The notes under the pieces are model-generated. The model had not been told where the DNA came from and searched no databases. It saw nothing but the letters and a program-made list of their open reading frames with translations. Below, one piece after another: positions 28,596 to 42,625 of a stretch of 64,000 bases of DNA. The stretch spans positions 8,680,001 through 8,744,000 of the forward strand of contig OX597836.1 in the NCBI GenBank assembly GCA_951406725.2. The letters run 5' to 3'. Both the position numbers and the translations under genes were made by a program. Origin of the DNA: Octopus vulgaris. Lineage: Eukaryota. Each line of letters opens with the position of its first letter. Position 1 is the first letter of the stretch.

Positions 28596-29086
28596 GTGGT
28601 ACTTCTTCCGGGAATTTACGTTCTGAGTTCAAATGCCATCGATGTCGACTTTGTGTTTCATCCTTTCGGAGAGTCGATAAAACCAAGTATCAGTCCGGGA
28701 GTAGGGTCAATGTAATCGACTAGCCCCCGTCCCAACAAAATTTCAGGTATTGTGCCCATAGCAAAAAGAATTATAAGGGTCACTTTAAGTCAGCTACAGT
28801 CTAACGAGCAAAATATGAAAGATAATTGCTTACAGCTATTAGAAAAACGGGGCTAAAGTACCTTGGTCACTTAGGAAGAGCGCAATGTATATCAGGTGCA
28901 TTCCAGAAGTTTTGAGACTTTATTAGGAGAGGCAGTTATAAATGGCCCAAATTATTGTTATTTTAGTATATCACTCTTATACATCTAATAAGCTGACCTG
29001 CCAACTTTTGCGATTCCAGATCGAATACTTATATGTACCAAGTACTCGCGTTGTTGTTTTTTGTGTTTGTTCCTCTTTTTTGGATT

Positions 29087-29143
<57 letters not shown>

Positions 29144-29391
29144 AATAAATAAAATATATGCATACATACAAACATATATGTACGTACCTACATCTACATG
29201 TATATATACATGCATATATAAATATATATACGTGAGTACAGGACACCATAACCAGACGCAGAACTCAACGAGAAACGAAAACGGGAAAACCATTATTTTT
29301 ACAACAGAAAACAAGGTACAGGACATACTACAAGAGGAAATATCCCCAATCATCAGCTGTCACTAGCAGACTCAAGCGTGTTTCGAAGGCA

Positions 29392-29468
<77 letters not shown>

Positions 29469-29636
29469 TAACAAAGAGGGTCTTTGTAACAAGTTGCTAG
29501 ACCACATACCGAAAGTATTAGAAATAGCAGCCAGAGGACTGTTATTTCTTTTACTACAAAAATATGTCTCCACTACTGTCTCTTAATATTGGAGAAATTT
29601 GTTGATTTTATTAAATTAATTATATTTCACCCTTTA

Positions 29637-29748
<112 letters not shown>

Positions 29749-29774
29749 TACGCACACTACAACACACACACACA

Positions 29775-29950
29775 CACGCCTTTATTTTCTCTTTTTAGTT
29801 TCTCTCCTTGTTTCTTTCTGTGTTTCTTTCTGTGGAAGAGCGTAGGCTCGAAATGTTAACGACTTTTTCACTTACCGAGCGTTATACTAATACATCTGTT
29901 TGTCGTCTACACCACCTGTTTCCCCGCTTTTTTTTGTGAATTCTCCCCAT
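29775..29950 (+). mobile_element. Short element with variant minimal hammerhead motif
   Basis: TTT-CTGTGGA-A-GAGC-GTAG-GCTC-GAAA-TG-TT-AAC at about 29827-29860; its 3' end matches, inverted, 25415-25475. Confidence 0.5.
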
Positions 29951-29977
29951 ATACATATACATATATGTGTGTGTGTG

Positions 29978-30020
<43 letters not shown>

Positions 30021-30082
30021 TCACGCACACACGCACACAAACATACATAAACACACACACACAAACACGCACACACACACAA

Positions 30083-30117
<35 letters not shown>

Positions 30118-30121
30118 AACG

Positions 30122-30203
<82 letters not shown>

Positions 30204-30694
30204 GTGTAGGCTGATTCATTCGCAACTCCACGCTGGGAGAAAGTCGAACATGACACCTTGAATTTCAGCTCTCCCACCTAGCCGAATGTCTAAACGCGTT
30301 TTCTATAGTTTTAACCTTCTCTGAAAAAGGTGGTACCCGGTCAGCGATGGTTCGGGGTGGCGTGACTTAGGGTGGAGAAGACACAGCTTAATTTATTACA
30401 TGAGACACCAATGGTGTGGAGAATAGAAACACGTCTGATTGTTTACAAAAACACCAAGAACAACAACAACAACAACAACAGCAACGACAACAATAATATA
30501 AACCCCATTGCGTTAAGGTATGTGGGTATGTATCTGTGTGTGTGTGTGTGTGCATACGTACGATTACAGATATATATATATATATATATAACCATTGATA
30601 CACATATATACATATATACACAAACATAAGTATGTATATATATATGTATGTATATATACATTTATATATGTGTGTATATAAATATATGTGTGTG

Positions 30695-30736
<42 letters not shown>

Positions 30737-30952
30737 TATGTATACAAACATACATGCATACACACACACATATATATATACATATATAAATACACACATA
30801 CATATCAATGTTTACGTGTGTGTGTGTGTGTAAGTGTGTTAAGCTGTAAACAGGTGGTTATTCATCAGTATATATATAAATAATGTATGTATATATATAT
30901 AATATAATATAAATAATATATATGTATACATACATGTACATACCTATATATA

Positions 30953-31016
<64 letters not shown>

Positions 31017-31110
31017 TGTGTGAGAGAGATAGGAGGGGAGATAGACAGGTAGATATAGATATGTATATGTATATATAAAATATATATACATATATGCTTA
31101 TGAAAATATG

Positions 31111-31142
<32 letters not shown>

Positions 31143-31146
31143 TATA

Positions 31147-31194
<48 letters not shown>

Positions 31195-31469
31195 CACACA
31201 CACACACACATACGTGTATAAATTACACGATGAACTGGTTAACGCCTAAGTAGTCACAAATGCTAGGTACTACCCGAGTACATTGATTCGGGTACAACAA
31301 CAACAACAACACCAACAACCATTACAATGTATAGTGAATAGTTTCGAGCGAACGTGTACGGCTGGACTGGGAATATCTTCAGGGTCACATGACAGCCAAT
31401 ACCTGTCTTTTGACGGTGGGAATTTTGGTGTCAATATTATTTGTGTGTGTATGGGAATACCATCAGTGT

Positions 31470-32125
31470 TCACGCCGCCGCCGCCGCCGCCACCGTCACG
31501 GCAACCACCGCCATCGCCACCACTGACACGGCCAACACCATCGCCGTAACCATCATTGCTGTCACCACCCACACCACCATCACCACCAACACCAGCACCA
31601 GCACCATCACGACCATCGTCACATCACCATCGCCCTCAGCGGCAGCAGCAGCAGCAGCACCACCACCACCACCGCAATTACCACCATCACTACCATCTGC
31701 ATCTCCAACACCATCGTCCTCACCAATTCCACCACCACCACCATCAACACCACCACCACCACCACCACCACCATTTGTATCACCACCACCATCACTGCCA
31801 TTCGTATCTCCATCGCCATCGTCATCACCACCACCACCACCACCACCACCACCATCCTACCATCACCACATCCACCATCACTACATCCACCATCACCACC
31901 GTCAACATCATAACCACCACCACCACCACCATCCCACCATCACCACCATCTTCATTACTATCACTACCACTACCACTATCACCATCTGCATTATCATCGC
32001 CATCCGTCACTGCCACCATCACCACCACCACCACCACCGCCATCCTCCATCTCCGTCACCACCATCACCACCACAACCCACCACCACCACCGCCAACACC
32101 ATCGCCACCGCCACCACCATCCAAA
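31470..32125. repeat. (CAC/CAT)n low-complexity tract
   Basis: Directly visible; source of poly-P/H/T ORFs. Similar tracts lie at 34895-35240, 43055-43680, 52680-53340 and 61035-61385. Confidence 0.93.
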
Positions 32126-32496
32126 GTCATCATTCATTCAGCGAACAGCGTTGGGGGTGCACCCCAGCTGACATGTGTTCTGTGGCATGTATTGACGGGT
32201 ATCGAGTTACCACCCATTGACCAACATCTAACATTCAGTACCCTGGAGAACTGCTGTCATGGCAACGCTGGCATTTGACGTCATGCACTATAAGACAGCC
32301 ACAACACTCGGCACATGCATGTTGCGCCTTCCGCTGCTTACAAACGGGAAACGGACACACACAGACACAGACAAGAACATACACTCACACACACTCACAC
32401 ACACACATACACATACACGCACACACACACTTACAGACACGTATACCCAGTATAAGCAATTGAGGCGAATTAACCCTTTAGCATGTTATACCGGGT

Positions 32497-32680
32497 GGTG
32501 ATGCCTGGCTTAGTGGTTAAGGGTGTTGGACTCATGATCGTAAGATTGTGGTTTCGATTCCTGGACCGGGCGACGCGATGTGTTCTTGGGCAAAACACTT
32601 CATTTCACGTTGCCCCAGTCCACTAAGCTGACAAAATGGACAAGCCCTGCAAGGGATCGACGTCCCATCCAAGTGGGATT
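32497..32680 (+). mobile_element. SINE family D copy
   Basis: TGGCTTAGTGGTT (A box), GGTTTCGATTCC (B box), GTGTTCTTGGGCAAAACACTTCATTTCAC. Confidence 0.82.
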
Positions 32681-32866
32681 AATCCAATAGGATTAATCAT
32701 ACACCATCTCGTATACAAAAGAATGCTAAAGGTTTAAAATAGTCACCTATGCATCATACATAATGTATATACACCGTTAATAAGTTACTTGTTACAGTGT
32801 TTGTCCTGAAATAACATCTTTTATGGATGTGCTGTGTTAGAGACAATAATTATCACACACTCGAAC

Positions 32867-32949
<83 letters not shown>

Positions 32950-33789
32950 TGCAGGGGTTGCTGTGTGGTAAGAAGTTTGCTTTTTAACTACATGGTTCCG
33001 GGTTCAGTCCCACTGCGTGGCACCTCGGGCAAGTGTCTTCTACTATAGCCTCGAGTCGACCAAAGCCTTGTGATTGGATTTGGTAAACGGAAACTGTCCT
33101 GTGGACAGACGTACAGCGCACAACCTTTGTCACTACTCTTCACTCTAACTTTTTAAAATCATGCATACGTTTCCATATACCATGCTGTGGTGAATAGATC
33201 TGACATTGAATTACACACCGGTCAGGGCGCCTCTAAATTTTTATTGGAGGTCATAGGAAATCCAGGGTTGTTTTGCAGAACAGAGCAGCGTGAGCTTAGA
33301 ATACAATGTCTAAGACGAATAGTGTGTGTGTATGTGTGTGTATGTGCATGAACGTGCATTTGTTTGTGTAGGTAGGAGTGTCATTCTGTTTGTGTATGTG
33401 TATGTGTGCGTGTGTGTGTGTGTGGGCGCAAAGCGTGTGTGCTTGAAGCTAAGAGAACGAAGTAAAGTTTGAACGTCGCACCTACGTAACTAATTATCGA
33501 GGTTGACACAATACTTAAACAAATTCAGACAGGTTGCAAAGAGACAATAACAACAACAACAACAATCACTACCACTACATCATCATCATCATCATCATCA
33601 CCATCAACAACAACAACAACAAAAACCGCAACAACAAAAGCGATATCGACGCCGCCGAAACCGACGGCGCGTATATAACAGCAACAACAACAACATAAGC
33701 AACAATAGCAACAAGTATGACAATAGCAACAAGATCAAGAACAAAAGGTGCGAAGAAGGAAACTCTTAAAGACGTCTGCAGCATCTGTC

Positions 33790-33839
<50 letters not shown>

Positions 33840-34696
33840 ATGTGTGTCACAAATTAACTTACGGCGAATGTGACAAAATAATTAGAATGTAATAAATTCT
33901 TGGGATTCCGGTAGGAAAGCGTATGGGTGTGTGTGTGCGTGTGCGTGTTTTTGTGCACGTGTGTTCGTGTATGTGTGTGTGTGGTGTATGTTTGTGTGCG
34001 AGCGTGTGCGTGTGTGTGCATGATTGTGTGTGTGTGTTTGTGCTTGTGTGCACGTGTGTTTGTGTGTTTGTGTTTGTGTGTGTGTGTGTTCGTGTGCGTG
34101 CATGTTTCGTGTGTGTGCGTGTGTGTGTGTTTGCGTGTTTGTGTGTGTGTGTTTGTGTTTGTGTGTGTGTGTGTGTGCTTGTATGTGTGTACTGTTGTAC
34201 ATGTGTGTTTGTGTGTTTGTGGGTGTGTGTATGTTTGTTTCTCTTCATGTTTGTGTGTTTGTGTGTGCGCGCGCGTGTCTCTGTGCGTATTTGTGTATGT
34301 TTGTGAGTTTGTGTGTGTTTGTGTGTTTGTGTGTGTGTGTGTGCGTGTGTGTGTGTGTGTGCGCGTTTGCGTGTGTTGCGTGAGAGACAAAGGGTAGAGG
34401 GGAAGGGGGTTATTAAAGGATCAGGTATGAGAGAGCAACAACAACAACCACAATAAACTACAACAACAATAACAGCAAAACCGCAACAATGACACGATCA
34501 TCGTTTAGCACCGACTTCGTCGCCATCGTGATCATCACCACCACCACCACTACCACCATCATCATCATCATCCTCAACAACAATATCAACAACAAATACA
34601 AGTACACACACACACATATACATATATATATTTATATATATACATACATATATATATGTACATACATATATATATATATGCATATATATATATATA

Positions 34697-34750
<54 letters not shown>

Positions 34751-35752
34751 TACATATATATATATACATATATATATATATACATACATACATATATATA
34801 TATTACAATATCAAAGACATCAAGGACAGTGTTTCAATGGAGTTCGTGTGTTCATGAAATTCGCTTTAAGCGATTAAGTACGAAAGACTGTCAACCCGCC
34901 GCCGCCGCCACCACCAGCACCTACACCACCTCTACCGACACCACTACCGACGCCACCCCGCCACCACTACCGACACCACTACTACCACCATAACAACCAC
35001 TGCCACTGCCACAACTACAACAACACACATCACAAACTATCGACACCACCACCACCACCATCACCAATACTACTATCACCAGCAGCTCCACCACCACTAC
35101 CATCACCACCGCCACCACCGCCGTCATTCCAACTACCTCCGCCGCCACCACCACCACCATCACCTCACCACCACCACCTTACCACCACCACCACCACCAC
35201 CACCACTGCCACGCCACCACCGCCTACTCCGACACCACAACGAACATCAACCCCCCCAACAAGGCCTTCCTTAACCGCCACTTAACAAACCACATGACAC
35301 AATTAACACTTCTTGAATAAACAATGCAAGGAACAATGTACGCCGTGTTATACAAGATGTAAAGGCCATGGCTGGAACGGCATCACATCATAAGTCTGTG
35401 AGATGATGAATTAACCCAGGGCGAGCAACATGGCTCCGGTTTCAGTCAAGTGTCGTCTACTATGGGCTTGGGCTGAGCAAAGCCATGTGTGTGGATTTGG
35501 TAGACGGAAACTGAAGGAAGCCTGTCGTATGATTTCAGATGTCTGCCTTGCCTTACGTTTGTTGTCTTCTTTAACTATTATATTGCGCGCGTGTGTGTGT
35601 GTGTGTTTGTGTATGTGTAACGGTCGTAGCCACTATAATATGGCTGTCCGTTCGAAAAGACAGCCATGTTTAAGTGGCTACGAACATTATTTGTTAGTAA
35701 AACTATTGCGTTCATTTCTTAGAGAGATTTTAGAACTATATGCATGTGCGTA

Positions 35753-35796
<44 letters not shown>

Positions 35797-35948
35797 GTAA
35801 AGTACTTGCCAACATAAAGTGGCAGTCCTATACAAGGACGATTTTACTATGTTTTAGCCCACGAAAACAACAGTAATATCGTCCTCTATAGGACTGCCAC
35901 ATTATGTTGGCAAATAAATTATTCTGCATGTTTCTCACTGAGATTTAA

Positions 35949-36015
<67 letters not shown>

Positions 36016-36050
36016 TCACACACAAACGCACAATACTCAGGCACGCATTC

Positions 36051-36306
36051 ATACCTGTCTGTCTGTGCGTCCAATCTCAGAGAGTATGTCATCGTAATAT
36101 AACTGAAAGAATGGCCATCTCGTGGAATGTCGATTGGCGGCTTAACATTAACATATCGTGTCTTTTGGCTTTGTTATGGCTGCTGTCATTGTTTTGTATT
36201 GTTTTGGTGCTAATTGTTGATGTTGTTATCGTTGTTGTTCCTGTTCTGATTCTTCTGACATACCTTACCATTCTTCCTCTTTTTACCTCTTGTTGCTTTT
36301 GTTATT
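36051..36306 (+). repeat. ~255-bp segment duplicated in inverted orientation at 40834-41087
   Basis: ORF track gives near-identical peptides (MAISWNVDWRLNINISCLLA..; MVRYVRRIRTGTTTITTSTIS..) on opposite strands at the two loci. Confidence 0.92.
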
Positions 36307-36973
36307 TTGTTTTATTATTATTATTTTTAGTATTATTGTTGTTGTTGTCGTTGTTGTTGTCTTTGCACAAATAAAACGGCTTTGGTTTGATATACAAAAT
36401 ATATAATATATACACGTTTATGTCTAAATAGCGATACAGCAAACATTGAAAGTTTTCAGACGCTGAATATTCAAGCATAAAAATATGTATATTTATATAG
36501 TAACAGAGCACAGAGTAAACACGCAGAAAATTGAGGAGAAAAGATATGGTATTACAAGTCCGACAGCTGTTTCTGGGGGCTCAGAGTTACACCATAATGT
36601 TTGCAGATTTAGTTCACCAGAATATACAACCAGTTTTGTTTGGTTATTCATATCATTGTCTCCGTAACTGCTCCTCTGGATTCCTCGTATAGCAAACACT
36701 TTACCCCCGCGAACTTTGTTCCCAGTGAAGGAGTTGTGATGTGAGTTCAAATCATTTGAGCGCTAATAAGTGTTTTCTATATTGAGAATCTACATGTACA
36801 TACACACTGGCATTCACAAATATATGTATTTGTATATATATATATATATATATATACAAGTACACACGCACGCATATATATAAAGATATATATATATATA
36901 TGTATTGGTAAAAACGGTATGGTAACAAAAGAAAGAAAGAAAGAAACCTCAATATTATGTAAATAGAGGAATT

Positions 36974-37138
36974 TATCTGTAAATGTAATATGTGACAATT
37001 ATTCGGTAGCCATGATAAAACTCTGAGTTTCGGATGCCGAGATGGTGGTGTGGAAAAAGATCGTGGTGTGGATTTCCACCTCGGCATCCGAAACTCAGTT
37101 TTATCTTGGCTACCGAATAATTGTCACATTTACAGATA
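36974..37138. repeat. Inverted repeat (~60-bp arms) between TA-rich tracts
   Basis: TGTGACAATTATTCGGTAGCCATGATAAAACTCTGAGTTTCGGATGCCGAG versus CTCGGCATCCGAAACTCAGTTTTATCTTGGCTACCGAATAATTGTCACA. Confidence 0.9.
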
Positions 37139-37174
37139 TCTATATATGTATATAACGGGAAGCTTACGAAAATA

Positions 37175-37231
<57 letters not shown>

Positions 37232-37375
37232 CAATAAATATATATACACAAATATGTACATATATATACATGTTTATATATGTAGGTATATATATATATA
37301 TATATATATACATACACATATATATTATATATTTTATATACATATATACGTATAGATATACATATATATATATTC

Positions 37376-37430
<55 letters not shown>

Positions 37431-37507
37431 GTATACACACATAAATTGCATATTTTTCCTTACAGGTTAATGTATGATTAGTTATGCAAATATTTAAATA
37501 GTTCTAT

Positions 37508-37546
<39 letters not shown>

Positions 37547-37843
37547 TGTGTGTGAGTGTGTGTGTGTGTGAGTGTGTGTGTGTGTGTGCTTGATAACGAA
37601 ATATGCATCGTGACATGTATTATACAATTCTCAGGTTTACAACAAAATAGATAACATTCCCAGGATTCCCTTCGCCATGCCGATGGCTATACTAACTTCC
37701 GCAATAGCATTCCTGCGCGGATTAACTAAATCTTCTTAATCTCACAAAAGAACTTTTACTAAGTAGCGACTTTAGACATTTTTATTCTTGTTCTCCTTGT
37801 ACGCGTATAATGTGTTATGAATATATGTGTATATATACACATA

Positions 37844-37947
<104 letters not shown>

Positions 37948-37966
37948 TACATATATATATATATAT

Positions 37967-38007
<41 letters not shown>

Positions 38008-38038
38008 TGTATGTGTGTATTCTTCTTATTATTATTAC

Positions 38039-38079
<41 letters not shown>

Positions 38080-38092
38080 TTATTATTATTAC

Positions 38093-38123
<31 letters not shown>

Positions 38124-38289
38124 TTTATAGTATACAGACAGACTCCAGGTTAATCCGTGAACTGAGCTCCTGATATAGAGACGCTATGCGTCGGGTCTTT
38201 TGCTTATAATAAAACCTGATGTCTGTGTTACTGTGTTCTGAATCCCTGTTTGAACTATGATCTTATATGAATGTTGGGCATATTACATA

Positions 38290-38337
<48 letters not shown>

Positions 38338-38349
38338 TATGTGCATATT

Positions 38350-38598
38350 TATTATATAAAATCCGTTGTCTGTCTCTGTGTGTGTGTCTTCTAGGATCTC
38401 GGGCATCCTCCATCCGATTGCGCTCAAATTTGATATGTAGATACTGATGGTATCAGGGCGTGTATAAGTCTTGAAAAAATTACAAAAATCGATTCCAAGT
38501 GAGAATCCATCCAGCGGTTCTTGAGATATCTTGTTCACGGACAAACAAACAAACACGACTGAAAACAATACCCCCGCCTTCGCTAAGGTGGAGGTAAC
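38350..38598. mobile_element. Helentron/HINE (DINE-1)-like non-autonomous element, possibly composite
   Basis: Minus strand begins TTACCTCCACCTTAGCGAAGGCGGGGGTA (terminal stem-loop), then a GTTT microsatellite and GATATCTCAAGAACCGCTGGATGGATT. The left part has CCGATTGCGCTCAAATTTGATATG. Family assignment is from recalled architecture. Confidence 0.55.
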
Positions 38599-39227
38599 TA
38601 GGTACTTTCAGTACAAATGCTTTAAAATGAAATACTGCATAAAGTAAATCTGATGAAAACTAATTAGTTTTAAGAAGCGAGACATTCAAAAGCAGATACA
38701 CATGACATGCGTTTGTTCCATATTACATAAAAGGCGTAAAACAAAGGCTCTGTCAAAGCGAACTGGAACCGAAGAATCTGGAACAAGAATACGATGCAAA
38801 TAAAATTATGAAAGAGAAAAATGTTAAAATATGAGCGTGCAAACATCGGAATAAATTTGTTTTTAAAACCGTCCCAGAATGTCAACAGAGTGACTATTTG
38901 TTGATTCGATAGAGGAGAGAATTACAACAATAAATATCCCCGTAGAACAACGTAGATTTCTCAGGAAAAACCAACGGACTAATAAATTAACCAATAACAT
39001 AGAATTACAATTGAGAGATACCAGACACAATGAACAAACAATAACCTAATTTAGCGACAAAAGGTTGGTGTCAGAATATGAATTGAATGAAACCGGATAT
39101 GATAATGTAATCGAGACAAAAACAAAGTGCGGGTTGGTCAACGAAAACCGATAACGTGGCACTCATCAAAAAGTCTGCATTCCAACACAATAATATTCAT
39201 AAGTTAGTCAATTAAAACGATAACTCA

Positions 39228-39298
<71 letters not shown>

Positions 39299-39599
39299 GA
39301 AGAACCTGTCTGCTTCAAAATAGTTAAAACCAACCGGAAATACTGAAAAATATATTCGCCTGAACGACCGCAGTTGAGCGTATCTCGAACATGAATAACG
39401 AGAAGCAATTCATTGTTTAATTAATCACAAGCTGTCAAAAATACAAATATGTAAATTAAGCTACCGTCGACGGTGCCAGCCTACATCATGACTGCTTTGT
39501 GAACAGCTGATCTATGCCGTTGATTGTGGAAGGAAAGCCAGGTATGTTTCATATGAGCAAAACAATGCCACATACCCGCCCGATCAACGGTGAACATAT

Positions 39600-39888
39600 A
39601 TGTTTTCGGTCCTACACGATGTATAAATGCAGATGTGACAAATGCAATCACTCCCACATCGGAAGAAACATCAGACAAGTACACATACGGTTTAATGAAC
39701 CCCTATAAGATAAAGCTTCTTCCGTCAAAAAACACCTACGGAAATACCACTTTCACGACATCCACGTTTTCATAGACGCAGAGAACGAAACATTGGGAAC
39801 CTAAGGTAAAAGATGCTCTCATAAATAGCAAGACAAAACCACGTATTAACGGCAGAAGCGAGCTCTACGCAGCTGGTGGGTTACTGTA
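39600..39888 (+). pseudogene. Decayed Penelope-like GIY-YIG endonuclease C-terminus
   Basis: MYKCRCDKCNHSHIGRNIRQVHIRFNEPL*DKASSVKKHLRKYH, then after a frameshift VKDALINSKTKPRINGRSEL. Matches the YK-C-C-YIG-R-R-EH-H-E-KP-N pattern of PLE nucleases. Confidence 0.72.
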
Positions 39889-39971
39889 GCAATGATATTG
39901 CTCATGAGAAACAACCCTCGGAATGTACACAAACTACTCAACACTTAGTTTCCGACGCAAAATCACTGACG

Positions 39972-40011
39972 ATTTCCTGAAGAAGGAGTCCTAACACCGA
40001 AATATCGAGAT
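39972..40011 (+). ncRNA. Minimal type I hammerhead ribozyme motif in the Penelope pLTR region
   Basis: ATTTC-CTGAAGA-A-GGAGT[CCTA]ACACC-GAAA-TA-T-C-GAGAT: intact CUGANGA and GAAA cores, 5-bp stem I, stem II with one mismatch, palindromic ATAT stem III, AUC triplet. Confidence 0.72.
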
Positions 40012-40179
40012 ACAAAATAAAAGCACAAATCATCCAGTTATATTATTTCTTGTAACTTGCAGTGTTTACGGTTTTTAACGAAACATAAAACGCACACAAA
40101 CACACAAACACACCCACATATGTATGTGTGTCTTTGTGTGATAGATACACAGATAGATAGATAGATAGACAGACAGATT

Positions 40180-40237
<58 letters not shown>

Positions 40238-40261
40238 CAGATAAATAGATACGGGCTCAAT

Positions 40262-40615
40262 ACCAACCGCCTTGAGAACCGTCGCCAGCTATAGATAGTC
40301 GACCCTATCGAAAGCCTTAGACAGATCTAAATTGATCTAGGTCCCACCTGTGCCAGGTTCTTTAGTCACTTTCTCATTGATGTATCGCATGAGGTGAAGG
40401 TTGTCGTGGATGGATCTTTTCGGAACGGCTCATGTCTGTGCCTCTCCTACCAGATCCCCAACAACAAACGCTAACCTCGCAGCTAATACTTTGTCCAAAC
40501 TTTTGAACTCTGCATCAGCTTGAAGTTGTCAATACAATCCCTCCTTGTTCGGGTCTTTTCTCAGCAACGCTACCGCTCCCCGGCTTACAAAACTGGGAAT
40601 TCCTGCATTCTATTG
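40262..40615 (-). pseudogene. Degenerate Tx1/L1-like RT fragment, same family as 20375-20730
   Basis: Minus strand reads, with stops and frameshifts, [59 protein letters not shown]. Confidence 0.8.
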
Positions 40616-40638
40616 CCAGTTGCAGTAAACATAATAAC

Positions 40639-40711
<73 letters not shown>

Positions 40712-40797
40712 GTAATAATAATAATAATAATAACAATAATAATAATAACAATAATAATAGTAATAATAATAATAATAATAATAGTAATAATAATAAC

Positions 40798-40841
<44 letters not shown>

Positions 40842-41291
40842 AGCAACAAGAGGTAAAAAGAGGAAGAATGGTAAGGTATGTCAGAAGAATCAGAACAGGA
40901 ACAACAACGATAACAACATCAACAATTAGCACCAAAACAAAGCAACATGCAATGACAGCAGCCATAACAAAAGCCAAAAGACACGATATGTTAATGTTAA
41001 GCCGCCAATCGACATTCCAGGAGATGGCCATTCTTTCAGTTATATTACGATGACATAAGGTCTGAGATTGGACACACAGACAGGTATCATCATACATACA
41101 TACATACATACATACATACATACATACATACATACATACATACATACATAATTGTTCCATCGACTCCGATACGATGAGAGGCAAAGCTGAATTTGAACTC
41201 AGAACGTAGAGACAGACGAAATGCCGCTAAGCGTTTTTATCCGGCGTGCTAACGACTCTGCCAGCCCACCGCCTTCTAAGTAGCAGTAGCA

Positions 41292-41335
<44 letters not shown>

Positions 41336-41354
41336 AAGTAGTAGTAGCAGCAGC

Positions 41355-41385
<31 letters not shown>

Positions 41386-41502
41386 TTAATTGTTTTAGTA
41401 GTAGTAGTAGTAGGAGGAGGAGGAGGAGGAGGAAGAGTAGTTGTAGTAGTAGTAGTTGTAGTAATTGTAGTTGTAGTAGCAGTAGTAGTAGTAATTGTTG
41501 TT

Positions 41503-41541
<39 letters not shown>

Positions 41542-41767
41542 ACAAGAACAGCTCCAAGAAGTTAATATTTTGGTAATGATGATGGTAGTTTGTGCTAGTG
41601 ATGATGGAGATGATGATGATGATGATGATGTTGACGAAGGCAATGATGATGATGATGATGATGATCACGCTGATGACGACGACGACGACGACGACGACGA
41701 TAATGATGATGATGATGATGACGATGACGCTGAATTAGAAATCTGCAAGTCATGCTTCACAACAAAA

Positions 41768-41781
41768 GCGCCATCTGGCGG
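41768..41781 (-). promoter_or_regulatory. CTCF-like motif
   Basis: CCGCCAGATGGCGC on the minus strand, a close match to the CTCF core, in unique sequence. Confidence 0.5.
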
Positions 41782-42279
41782 ACTAATTGTAACATTATGA
41801 TTTGTGCGGCGGTTACCTTTCATTATTTTTTTTTGTTTTTACCTATTTGTTTTGTTGTTGTTTTTACTTCGCTTGTACATTCAATATTTTCCTCCGGACA
41901 GTGACGTCACTGAAGCGAAACGACAAGACAAAGCAGCGGGCCACGGTTCACCGATTTCTGTCTACATGTCTCGCTTGTCGTACCTCGGTGATGATTATGA
42001 ATGGTCATGAGAATCACAGCACCTCATTAGCGCTCCCATTAATTACCCGGCTCTCAAAATGATCAGTCATCGATATGGACTCTGCATAAATTTGTTGTTA
42101 TTGAAGTTGCTGTTGTCGTCTAACCCCAGACCAATCCTGATTCAGATCAAAGACGTTCCAACTGTGACCCTCCTGTATACATTACTGTATTCTCTATTTC
42201 TTCCGTCATTCCTGTTGCTGTTGTTGTTCCAGCCACGACCATCACATCTATGATTCAGACCCAGTGTATCTAGAACATT

Positions 42280-42625
42280 CTTTTACTCTTTTCAGTCATT
42301 TGACTGCGGCCATGCAGGAGCACCGTCTTTAGCTGAGCAATTCGATCCCAGGACTTATTCTTTGTAAGCTTAGTTCTTATTCTCTGAGGTCTGTTTTGCC
42401 GAACCGCTAAGTTACGGCGATGTAAACACACCAGCATCGGTTGTCAAGCGATGGTGGGGGGACAAACACGGACATACAAACACACGCACACACACATGCA
42501 CACACATACATACACACACACACAAACACACACACACATATATATATATATATACGACGGGCTTCTTTCAGTTTTCACCTGTCAAATCCACTCACAAGGC
42601 TTTGGTCGGCCCGATGCTATAGTAG
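42280..42625 (-). mobile_element. SINE family B (head truncated)
   Basis: TTCAGTCATTTGACTGCGGCCATGC..GAACCGCTAAGTTACGG..CACTCACAAGGCTTTGGTCGGCCCG. Confidence 0.85.

Noticed and set aside
32234-32254. RE1/NRSE silencer
   Set aside because: Several mismatches in the conserved half-sites, and REST is not established outside chordates; kept only as a remark.
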